Shown here piece by piece: positions 23,805 to 31,868 of a DNA stretch of 32,000 bases. Within the stretch, counting starts at the first letter, position 1, and each line of letters starts with the position of its first letter. The notes under the pieces are model-generated. The model ran no database searches. It worked only from the letters and a program-made list of their open reading frames with translations, and was not told where the DNA came from. The stretch comes from Planctomycetales bacterium (GTDB lineage Bacteria; 4484-113; JAFGCY01), in contig CP060262.1 in NCBI GenBank assembly GCA_022646745.1, forward strand, positions 480,001 to 512,000. Direction: 5' to 3'. Both the position numbers and the translations under genes were made by a program.

Positions 23805-25100
23805 GTGAAGCAGCCCAGTTCCCGCAGACCGGTCCAAGCCATCCTGGCTTTCATTGCGGTCTGGCTGGTCGGATTGCCTGTTGTCATTTCAGGCGCGGAG
23901 CCGGTTGCCCGTGTTGAGTGGAAGGCGCAGTGGCAGGACGGTACGGATGCCGGTATGTTCCGCAGTGCCGGCGAACTGGGGATCGTAGCCTGGGATGCCA
24001 GCGGCATTGGACTGCTGGACCCTGAGGGAAGGCAGGTCTGGCACAATCCGGACTATCCATACCAGACGCGATGGCTGTTCCAGGCAGACAGGGAATATGG
24101 TGTTGTGCTGTTTGACAAGGCTGGCAACCTCGTCCTGATGGACGCTGCCACTGGTGCAAATGTGACCGAGGTAGAGCTTGATCCGCAGCATGTCCTGCAT
24201 CGGTATTGCCAGTTCTCAATCTCGCCTTCAGGCAATTACCTGGTCGTTCCAACTGCTTCGCACTGTGTTGTTCTGAACAGTGACTTTGGAATAGAGCACC
24301 GGATGGCTACCAATCCCAACCTCGGCCTCCCGGGGGCCACCGCCATCAATGACAACGGCATTGTCCTTCTCTGCATGGACACGAAGGGAGTCACCGATCC
24401 GAATCTACCCTCAATTCTCTGGTCTGAAGGCGACACCCTCAAGCCGATCAGTTTCGAGGGAAAGCCACTCAATGCTTTCTTCGTCAACATCAACGTCCTT
24501 GACAACGGCAACTTTGTTGGTGCTGATCCCTTTAGTAATCAGTTATTCGCGTTTGATGGCAATGGAGAAGTGCTCTTCACCAGGCCCCTGACCGGTATGG
24601 GTGTTTTCCAGCAATGGGGAGACTACTGCGGATCAAGGATAAGGAACACAAAGCCTGTTGAAGTCCAGATTCTTGATGGCCAGCGCTCAGCAATGAACCA
24701 GTGGCAACTGCCCGAGCGCTTTATTTCCGGCAGCCTGCAGTACATTTCCCCTGATGGCCAAGGATACATTGTCGGCGAGTATCGCTATACAAGTGGCATG
24801 GGTTTATGGGTGGATGACAGACTTGAGCAGTCCGATTTCCTCCATTACACTGCAAAGCGCCCGGGAATGATTGCCTCATTGTTCTTCCTGTCCCGTATGC
24901 GCCTGCTTGTCCTACATCCAGACGGAACTGTCAATGAACAGCGGATGCCTGACAATATTGGAGGCACCTTTGCCAGTTCAATCGAACACCTACCCGGGGG
25001 ACTGGTGGCCAGTGAAGTGCAATATGGCCCTGAAAATGACGAGGATGGACGCCGGCAAAGCCGGGAGCGAATCATCAAGGTCTCGGTACCCGGCCTCTAA
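23805..25100 (+). CDS. Hypothetical secreted or membrane-anchored protein (N-terminal hydrophobic helix; beta-rich)
   Basis: GTG start gives MKQPSSRRPVQAILAFIAVWLVGLPVVISGAEP (signal/anchor). The 431-aa ORF has no competing ORF. Weak resemblance to the 453-aa protein at 16494 (LLDPEGRQVWHNPDYPY versus LLSADGQVLWTRSLLPDF). Visibly more A/T-ending codons than neighbouring genes. Confidence 0.65.
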   Translation: MKQPSSRRPVQAILAFIAVWLVGLPVVISGAEPVARVEWKAQWQDGTDAGMFRSAGELGIVAWDASGIGLLDPEGRQVWHNPDYPYQTRWLFQADREYGVVLFDKAGNLVLMDAATGANVTEVELDPQHVLHRYCQFSISPSGNYLVVPTASHCVVLNSDFGIEHRMATNPNLGLPGATAINDNGIVLLCMDTKGVTDPNLPSILWSEGDTLKPISFEGKPLNAFFVNINVLDNGNFVGADPFSNQLFAFDGNGEVLFTRPLTGMGVFQQWGDYCGSRIRNTKPVEVQILDGQRSAMNQWQLPERFISGSLQYISPDGQGYIVGEYRYTSGMGLWVDDRLEQSDFLHYTAKRPGMIASLFFLSRMRLLVLHPDGTVNEQRMPDNIGGTFASSIEHLPGGLVASEVQYGPENDEDGRRQSRERIIKVSVPGL

Positions 25101-25131
25101 CCCACCGCCTTCCCTCTGCAGGTACAGCCGA

Positions 25132-25137
25132 TATAAT
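25132..25137 (+). promoter_or_regulatory. -10 hexamer TATAAT placed 7 nt before the pheS ATG (leaderless-type promoter)
   Basis: GATATAAT-ctgcccg-ATG. There is no purine-rich SD between the hexamer and the start codon. Confidence 0.45.
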
Positions 25138-25144
25138 CTGCCCG

Positions 25145-26692
25145 ATGCAGAAACTGCCTCCACACCAGTATGCGCTGATCAAGGCGCTGGGCACCGGGTC
25201 CGCTGACACGAGCGTCGAGAGCCTGGCCGCGATTGCCGGCACCGACCAGGCGCTGATCAGCGCAGCCGCCGTCGAGCTGTCCCGCGAGGGCCTCGTCTCC
25301 GTGACCGAGCTGCCCTACCGCGAGGTGACGCTCGGCGAGCTCGGACAGGAGATCCAGCATGGCATGGCGCACCTGCCGGAGCGCCTGATCGCCGAGGTGC
25401 TGATCAGCCTCGGCGGCAGCGCCGGCATGAAGGAGCTCGGCGAGCATGACCGCCTGAAGGAGCATGGCGTGCAGCCCGGCAAGTATGCGCGGGTGCTGGT
25501 GGACCACGGCTGGGCCACCTTCGACAGGGGCACGCTCAGCCTGCTGGCGGACTACTGTGACCATGAACCACCGGCCAGTGACGCCGAGGCGCTGATGGTG
25601 GCGATCCAGATCGCCGGTGGCAGCCTAGTGCTGGACGCAGCATCCGATGAGCGCCACAACCGCGGCGCCGACTTCCTCAAGGGACGCAAGGAACTTGTCA
25701 ACGTGCGTGAGCGCAGCCGACGTACGGTTGAACTGACTGATGGCGGCCGCCGCCTGGCGGAGGGCATTGCCAGCGGCGCTGTCAGCGAACTCGTCGAGGT
25801 GAACGAGCTGACCCCGGAGATGCTGGCCGACGGCAGCTGGCGCAATGTGGAATTCCGCCGCTACGACGTCAGCCTCGGGGCCGACCGCGTGCACCCGGGC
25901 AAGACCCATCCGCTGATGCGCGTGATTGACAAGGTGCGCCTGGCCTACCTGGAGCTCGGCTTCAGCGAGGCCGGCTGCGAGATGGCGGAGACCGCCTTCT
26001 GGGATTTCGACTGCCTGTTCCAGCCGCAGGACCACCCGGCGCGCGAGATGCAGGACACCTTCTACCTGAAGCAGCCGCGCAGCTACGAGCTGCCTGAGGA
26101 CAGCGGGCTCGTTGACAGGATCCGCCGCACGCATGAGGACGGCGGTGACACCGGCAGCAAGGGCTGGCGCTACACATGGAGCGCCGAACGTGCCGCCCAG
26201 GTGGTGCTGCGCACGCACATGACCGCCTCCAGCATCCGTGCCGTCAGCCGCCACCCGCAGGCCCCGCACAAGGTGTTCAGCATCGGCCGCGTGTTCCGCC
26301 GCGAGACGGTTGACAACACGCACCTGCCGGAGTTCCACCAGGTGGACGGCATCATCATCGATGAACACGCCAGCCTGGCGACGCTGATGGGCACGCTCGG
26401 CAAGTTCTACGAGCGGCTCGGCATAAAGGACATCAAGCTCAAGCCGGCCTTCTTCCCCTACACGGAGCCCTCCGTCGAGGTACACATCAAGTGGGGCGAC
26501 ACCTGGATGGAAATGGGCGGCGCCGGCGTGTTCCGCCCGGAGGTGACCCAGCCCTTCGGCGTGAAGTACCCTGTGCTGGCCTGGGGACTGGGCGTCGAGC
26601 GCCTGGCAATGGCCTACTACGGCGTACGCGTGATCAAGGACCTGTACCAGTCAGACCTTGGCTGGCTGGCCAGCGTACCGCTCGAGTCCTGA
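25145..26692 (+). CDS. pheS: Phenylalanine--tRNA ligase alpha subunit, archaeal/eukaryotic type
   Basis: 515 aa, against about 340 aa for bacterial PheS, with a ~230-aa N-terminal winged-helix-like extension. The catalytic core HPLMRVIDKVR...FWDFDCLFQPQDHPAREMQDTFYL...RTHEDGGDTGSKGWRYTW...LRTHMTASS...FSIGRVFRRE...HLPEFHQVDG...FFPYTEPSVEV...GAGVFRPEV...AWGLGVERLAM is collinear with eukaryotic/archaeal PheRS-alpha, including the THxxGGxGSxGxxYxW insertion. Confidence 0.93.
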   Translation: MQKLPPHQYALIKALGTGSADTSVESLAAIAGTDQALISAAAVELSREGLVSVTELPYREVTLGELGQEIQHGMAHLPERLIAEVLISLGGSAGMKELGEHDRLKEHGVQPGKYARVLVDHGWATFDRGTLSLLADYCDHEPPASDAEALMVAIQIAGGSLVLDAASDERHNRGADFLKGRKELVNVRERSRRTVELTDGGRRLAEGIASGAVSELVEVNELTPEMLADGSWRNVEFRRYDVSLGADRVHPGKTHPLMRVIDKVRLAYLELGFSEAGCEMAETAFWDFDCLFQPQDHPAREMQDTFYLKQPRSYELPEDSGLVDRIRRTHEDGGDTGSKGWRYTWSAERAAQVVLRTHMTASSIRAVSRHPQAPHKVFSIGRVFRRETVDNTHLPEFHQVDGIIIDEHASLATLMGTLGKFYERLGIKDIKLKPAFFPYTEPSVEVHIKWGDTWMEMGGAGVFRPEVTQPFGVKYPVLAWGLGVERLAMAYYGVRVIKDLYQSDLGWLASVPLES

Positions 26693-26717
26693 TCTCTCCC
26701 GTGTGATTTGCCAACGG

Positions 26718-29700
26718 CTAGGGTGCCGGGACGTTGCGGCTGCCGCTGCGGATCAGGCCAGTACCTCCGATTGCATTCATGTGGTCGTAGAACAGGATAA
26801 GCTGTTCCCCGTCCTCGTTCTCAGTGAAGGCCACCGCGTGGTGCTGCCATGTCCAGCCCACCAGTTCCGGCGCACCCCACGTAGCTCCGTCGTTGTCACT
26901 GGCTGTGACGACGTAGACCGGTTCAGGTGCCCCGTCGGTTCCGCCCTTTACACTGACCAGCACGGCAGGCCGGTTGGCACTGAGCCCCAGCGAGAATGAG
27001 GCGGGGAAGCTGCCGTCCGGCGCATCGATCACCACTGACTCGGTCGTGAAACTGCTGCCTGCTGCATCGGTGCCTTTAGAGAAGTAGATCCGGCCGGCGA
27101 TGCTGTCCTGGAAGGCAATCCAGGGCTCGTCCGCCGTCATGGTGTCGACGCCAAAGGCCCGGTCATTTGAACCGAACAGCACTGTGTCGCCACCGACCCA
27201 GGTGGCACCGTTCTGGTCCTGCGCCGCCTGGAAGCCCAGCCGGAACTGTCCGCCGGTGTTCAGCTGCATGCCGACTGCCGGCACGACATCCACGCCGTTG
27301 AAGACCAGGAGCAGCGAGAAGTAGTCTTCATTGCCGGATGGTCCGAGGTCCTGGAAGCCTCCCCATGTGCTGCCGTCCCCGGCCGTGGCCCGGATGTACT
27401 GGCCTGTACCGTCCGTTGCACTTGTACTCAGGCGGCTGGCAATCGCGGGGCGGCCATTCACGGAAAGCAGCGTTGGATGGCGGCCGATGTCGCCGGTGCT
27501 GCTGACAACGACCGGTGTGTTCCAGGCGGAGCCATCCAGCTGCGTGCTCGTGCAGTAGAGCAGGTCGCCGTCATCCGGGAATGGATTGTCAATGCTGCTG
27601 TACAGGTAGTAGGCCACCGCCGGCACTCCGGACATGCTGGCCGCGCTCAGGTGGTCCTGCGCGCCCTTGGCCTCGGCGACCTTCACCGGAGTGTTCCAGG
27701 CGGTGCCTTCAGCGTTGGCAGTCGCCGCGAAGTTCACATGGTATAGGTCATTCACTCCGTTCTTGACAGCGAAGCCGTCACTGCCCCCGGCCGCCCGGGC
27801 CGACCAGGCGACCTGGCCGGCATTGCCCTTGACAACGGCGATCTTCGCCACCTCGAAGGTATTGGCGGTGGTGCCGATCGCGCTGTACTGGAACTTGCCG
27901 CCGGGGTCCGTCACATCGAGGTTCAGGTCGTCGGTGTTCTGCTCGAAGTCGGTGTCACGCAGCGTGAGCGTGACGGTAAAGCTGCCCGGTGTGTAGTAGG
28001 CATGGTACACGCTCTGGTTGATGTCCGTGATGTTCTGCACGCTCGAACCGTCACCGAAGTTGATGCTGAAGGACAGCAGGCTGGTGCCGACCTTGAACTT
28101 GGTGTTCTTGGCCGTGAATTCCACCAGCAGCGGGAAGTCATTCTGCTGGCTGACGATTTCCAGCAGCGGCTCGGTGACCAGCTGCCCCGGGTCCTGCACG
28201 TCAAGGTTGAGCTTGTCGGACAGGATGGTCGGGCCATCCGAGTAGCTGGCGATCAGGAAGGGCTCGTAGTTGCCAACGGTGACATAGGTATGCGGCACTG
28301 ATGTGTCCGTGGTGGTAACCGCATTGCCATCCCCGAATTCGTAGATGTACTCAGTCACCAGCTCGGGGAATTCCACGTCAGCGGTGAAGTTCAGCTCCAC
28401 ATTGACAAGTCCCGGGCTGGTGTCCACCAGCAGGTCAACCTGTCGCTCAAAGCCACAGCTGACGGTCACCGGGGCACTGGTGTTCTGCTTGTCGTCCGTC
28501 CAGTAGGCGGTGACGGTCGCATCATAATCCTGCTTGACCTGGTACTCGTGCCAGACGGTGGTATCCGAGGTGTTGACCTGGTTGCCATCGCCGAAGTCGA
28601 ACACGAAGTGGTCGATCAGCCCCGGCTCCGCCGGATCGGCGGTGAAGGATATCGGAGCCTTGATGGTGGTTTCCGTCGGGAACACATCGAGATCAATCGC
28701 GCGCGCGCCGAGCGTGACGGTGATGCCGTCAGAGCAGAACAGCGCCCCGGCGAACAGCACCTCGAAGTCGATGCGGAAGTCACCCAATCCGTCAAGCTGG
28801 ATGTCCTGCTCGGTGCCGGGCACGTAGGCAATGAAACTCTCTATCCCGGCGGGATCCTTCACCCTGAACTGGCTGCGGAAGTTGCCGAAGTCCGCATTGA
28901 GCGCACCCAGCTTGTCACCGAACCCGTTGACGACACCACCCAGCCCACCGAGCTGTACGTTTGTCTCACTGAACTGCAGTGCGCCATCGTACAGCAGCTC
29001 CGCCTGCGGTGTGCTGGATCCGGTCGTGTTGTAGGCATAAGCCAGTGTGGCACTGGCCTGCTCACCGGTGTCGGAGGTGGCGCGCACCGTCACATGCCCG
29101 AGGTCAACGTCAGCCGCTGCGGCATCAAACACCGTGGCGGAAGCGCTGCCCTCCTCATCGAAGACACCGTCGCCGTTGAAGTCCCATTCATAGTTGTCAA
29201 TGCTGCTGCCGCCCCCCGGGTTGAGCAGGCCGGCACTGAAAGCCACCTGTGTGCCGAGCGGAGCGGAAGTCACGGGCTCAGCAGTGATCCCGACTTCCGG
29301 TGCATCGCTGAAAGGTGCGTGAACGCTGACGGTGAAGCTGCGGTTGAATACTGACTTCACCAGTTTGGCAGCACGCGGCTCCGCTGCGGGACCACTGCGG
29401 AAGCTGAGATTCGCTGTGTAATCGCCGGCGGTGTCGTAGGCATGCTGCAGGCTTGTAACGCGGTAGTTGCCATCCAGCGCCAGCGGCTGCAGCACAGGCT
29501 CACTGCCGTCGCCGAAGTCAACCAGCACCTCAGTGATGGCCGCATCGGCATCCAGTGCATTGACATAGATGCTGACTGCCTCAGCTGTGGCGGGCTGCAG
29601 GGGGAAGAGCTGGGCATTGAGGGACATCACCCGCTGGCCCTCCGTCTCAAAGGCAATCGGATCGGATGGCTTGTCAACAACCGGGCTGCCCCCGTTACTG

Positions 29701-30692
29701 CCGCTCAGCAGTGTCCAGCCCAACGGTGCGCCGGCAATGCTGTCAATGTCAAACGCAGTGCTGAACCAGAGGCGGTCCTCGCTACTGACTCCCTCGGCAT
29801 CCGCGAACGCGAACTGCTGGATACTGGTACCGGTCCCGCCGTCCAGTGCGGCCTGGTCACCGGCCATTGCCGACAGGCCGGTGAATGTGTTCTGGAAATT
29901 AGCGCCGATCACGGAGATGTCCGCAATGTTGATTTCGCCGTTGGCATCGCCATCCACGACAGTTTCAACGGAGCCAATATCAAATGGCGCTTTCTTGCCG
30001 AAGTGGACTGCCAATGGCGTGAGGTCAGCAAGGTTCACCTGGCTGTTCTGGTCGTAGTCACCGGGCAGCTGGTAAGGGATCATCAGGGAATAGTTCATTC
30101 CCGGCTCATCGGTGCTGACAAGCTCGAAGGACTGCGCCGGCGGCGCTACGCTGACAAGCCTTGCCTGCGGCTGGCTGTTGTCAGCCGGATCAAATGCATG
30201 CCTGGCGAAGCTGATCTCAGCCAGCACACCGCTGCCACTGAAGCCAGCCTGCGCCAGCGGGTCCACCAGCACGCGGCCATAGTGCAATTCACCGGGCTGT
30301 GCAAGCAGGGGGAGCTCCAGTGCTTCACCGGGCAGGACCGCGGATGCATCAGCGCGTACCGGGCTGAAGCTGCGGGAATCATATTCGAGCGAGAAGTACA
30401 TCGCCCGCAACGATTCCACGTTGTCAGCGGTAATGCGCAGGGTGCTGCCCTCCTCCGTATCCGAAAGATCCAGCTGCAGGCCTTCAATCGTGGCATCCCC
30501 CAGCCTGCTGCCATCATTGAGGTAAAGGGCGAAGCGGTCCAGCACTGCATCCGGCACGGCAGGCTCGGCGAGCGGCAAATCCTGCTTGCCGGCCCCCGTC
30601 AGGCCCATGCTGTCGCGGCCTCCGCCGCAGGATGCAAGCAGCACTGCGCTGCAGATGATGCCGGTGATGATCGGTGTCAGTCTCAGGTTCAT
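26718..30692 (-). CDS. Giant surface lipoprotein: cohesin-like + dockerin + multiple PKD-like modules + C-terminal BNR/sialidase-like beta-propeller
   Basis: ATG 30692 (AGGGG upstream) gives MNLRLTPIITGIICSAVLLASCGGG. The ORF is open to TTG 30719. Cohesin-like LRITADNVESLRAMYFSLEYDSRSFSPVRAD...GSGVLAEISF. Dockerin duplicated Ca-loops GDYDQNSQVNLADL and DGDANGEINIADI (29889-30062). At least 5 PKD-like modules (VDFGDGSE, WDFNGDGVFD, FDFGDGNQ, YEFGDGNA, INFGDGSS). Asp-box-like repeats occur in the last ~370 aa (EGTAWNTP, DGSAWNTP, DGSTWGG, NGATWVG, DGATWGAP). Confidence 0.85.
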   Translation of the reverse strand: MNLRLTPIITGIICSAVLLASCGGGRDSMGLTGAGKQDLPLAEPAVPDAVLDRFALYLNDGSRLGDATIEGLQLDLSDTEEGSTLRITADNVESLRAMYFSLEYDSRSFSPVRADASAVLPGEALELPLLAQPGELHYGRVLVDPLAQAGFSGSGVLAEISFARHAFDPADNSQPQARLVSVAPPAQSFELVSTDEPGMNYSLMIPYQLPGDYDQNSQVNLADLTPLAVHFGKKAPFDIGSVETVVDGDANGEINIADISVIGANFQNTFTGLSAMAGDQAALDGGTGTSIQQFAFADAEGVSSEDRLWFSTAFDIDSIAGAPLGWTLLSGSNGGSPVVDKPSDPIAFETEGQRVMSLNAQLFPLQPATAEAVSIYVNALDADAAITEVLVDFGDGSEPVLQPLALDGNYRVTSLQHAYDTAGDYTANLSFRSGPAAEPRAAKLVKSVFNRSFTVSVHAPFSDAPEVGITAEPVTSAPLGTQVAFSAGLLNPGGGSSIDNYEWDFNGDGVFDEEGSASATVFDAAAADVDLGHVTVRATSDTGEQASATLAYAYNTTGSSTPQAELLYDGALQFSETNVQLGGLGGVVNGFGDKLGALNADFGNFRSQFRVKDPAGIESFIAYVPGTEQDIQLDGLGDFRIDFEVLFAGALFCSDGITVTLGARAIDLDVFPTETTIKAPISFTADPAEPGLIDHFVFDFGDGNQVNTSDTTVWHEYQVKQDYDATVTAYWTDDKQNTSAPVTVSCGFERQVDLLVDTSPGLVNVELNFTADVEFPELVTEYIYEFGDGNAVTTTDTSVPHTYVTVGNYEPFLIASYSDGPTILSDKLNLDVQDPGQLVTEPLLEIVSQQNDFPLLVEFTAKNTKFKVGTSLLSFSINFGDGSSVQNITDINQSVYHAYYTPGSFTVTLTLRDTDFEQNTDDLNLDVTDPGGKFQYSAIGTTANTFEVAKIAVVKGNAGQVAWSARAAGGSDGFAVKNGVNDLYHVNFAATANAEGTAWNTPVKVAEAKGAQDHLSAASMSGVPAVAYYLYSSIDNPFPDDGDLLYCTSTQLDGSAWNTPVVVSSTGDIGRHPTLLSVNGRPAIASRLSTSATDGTGQYIRATAGDGSTWGGFQDLGPSGNEDYFSLLLVFNGVDVVPAVGMQLNTGGQFRLGFQAAQDQNGATWVGGDTVLFGSNDRAFGVDTMTADEPWIAFQDSIAGRIYFSKGTDAAGSSFTTESVVIDAPDGSFPASFSLGLSANRPAVLVSVKGGTDGAPEPVYVVTASDNDGATWGAPELVGWTWQHHAVAFTENEDGEQLILFYDHMNAIGGTGLIRSGSRNVPAP

Positions 30693-30722
30693 ATGGCCCC
30701 TGCCGGTAGTTGATAACAAGAG

Positions 30723-30728
30723 ATTATA
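30723..30728 (-). promoter_or_regulatory. Candidate -10 hexamer (TATAAT) for the giant lipoprotein gene
   Basis: The minus strand reads TATAAT 30 nt upstream of ATG 30692. No clear -35. Confidence 0.35.
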
Positions 30729-30953
30729 AGGTAGTTAAACACTGTCCGCCGGGGCTCCCCAGTGTTCAGTCCGTGTTTCGTGAAACAGAGCACAAAGTGT
30801 TATGCCCAGCGTTGTTCAGTGGCCAAGCAGCTTCATCACCAGCCAGTAGATCCCCAGACCGAGGAGCAGCCAGCAGGACGGTCACATATGGCTGAGAAAG
30901 TTCTTCATATGCTTAGTGATACCTCGCAGGGCCACATTTCTGGTTGTCCAGCG

Positions 30954-31868
30954 CTAGTCATCCGCTTCAGCCAGCCGCGCGACGAAGATGTCATAGGTTT
31001 TCTCTTCATCAGGCAGCTCAGTGCCCAGCTTCTTGGAGCTCCAGGCGAGGTTCAGCCTGCCCTGTGCATCCCGGAACGGGAAGGGATGCTTGTCGTTGTA
31101 CTTCCCGTTGGTCAGCTTCAGGCGCTCACCTGAAGGCAGGTGCATCAGCTCAATGTGGCGGATGCGGCTTTCGTTGTCACGGTGGTGGAAGCTGATCACT
31201 TCATCGTCAATGTAGAACGGGTGCTTGTCCTGGTGCCGGTCATCCGTCAGCTGGCGGATCTCGCCGCTTTCGATGCCGATCTCATAAAGGTTGACAACCG
31301 GGGTATCCGCCCCGCCGATGCCCTCATAGACGTGGAACACCAGCCGCTTGCCATCCGGGCTGAACACTGGGTGGCAGTTGTTGCGGCCTGCAGGCCCGTC
31401 CGTCAGCTTGCGCCGTTCACCACTGGCAATGTCCATGATCCACAGCTGGTACGTCTCAGGAGTACCCTCGTCAGAGAAGTAGGCCAGCCGGGATGCATCG
31501 GCATCAAAGCAGGGATGCTTGTAATTGAACTTCTGATCCTCAAGCAGCGCTTCATGCACCAGCTCCTGCAGGATATCGCTTTTCACGATCCGCCATGGTG
31601 AGGCACTGCTGTCCTGCTGGCGCCAGGCGATGTGCCGGCCATCAGGATGCCAGGCGGCCTGGGTGTTGTTGCCGTCGCCGCGGCTCAGGCGGCGGATGAA
31701 GTGCCCATCGATGGAGAGCAGGATCATCGAAATATGGCCGTAGTCACCGCTGTAGCAGGCCAGCATTGTGCCGTCCGGTGAAACGGCGGGATGTTCATGG
31801 TCAGTCAGGCCGCCGGTCAGGCGTTGCGGCTCACCGAGCCTGAGGGTCTTGAAATGCTTGAGATCCAC
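30954..31868 (-). CDS. PD40 (TolB-like WD40-like) beta-propeller repeat protein, no signal peptide seen
   Basis: Repeated PD40 signatures: HPAVSPDGTMLACYS, AAWHPDGRHIAWR, HPCFDADASRLAYFSD, HPVFSPDGKRLVFH. GTG start with a TAGAAT hexamer 6 nt upstream. Confidence 0.8.
   Translation of the reverse strand: MDLKHFKTLRLGEPQRLTGGLTDHEHPAVSPDGTMLACYSGDYGHISMILLSIDGHFIRRLSRGDGNNTQAAWHPDGRHIAWRQQDSSASPWRIVKSDILQELVHEALLEDQKFNYKHPCFDADASRLAYFSDEGTPETYQLWIMDIASGERRKLTDGPAGRNNCHPVFSPDGKRLVFHVYEGIGGADTPVVNLYEIGIESGEIRQLTDDRHQDKHPFYIDDEVISFHHRDNESRIRHIELMHLPSGERLKLTNGKYNDKHPFPFRDAQGRLNLAWSSKKLGTELPDEEKTYDIFVARLAEADD

Noticed and set aside
30816-30908. Small minus-strand ORF MKNFLSHM-TGA-PSCWLLLGLGIYWLVMKLLGH: a hydrophobic, G/C-third-position frame interrupted by an in-frame TGA; considered as a recoded (Sec/readthrough) or frameshifted mini-membrane protein
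   Set aside because: It is only about 30 codons, with no SECIS-like hairpin seen right after the TGA. Other genes in the window (for example the ICMT-like gene and the 47-aa ORF) use TGA as a normal stop. There is no alternative start after the TGA. It is too short to distinguish from chance without comparative or ribosome-profiling data.
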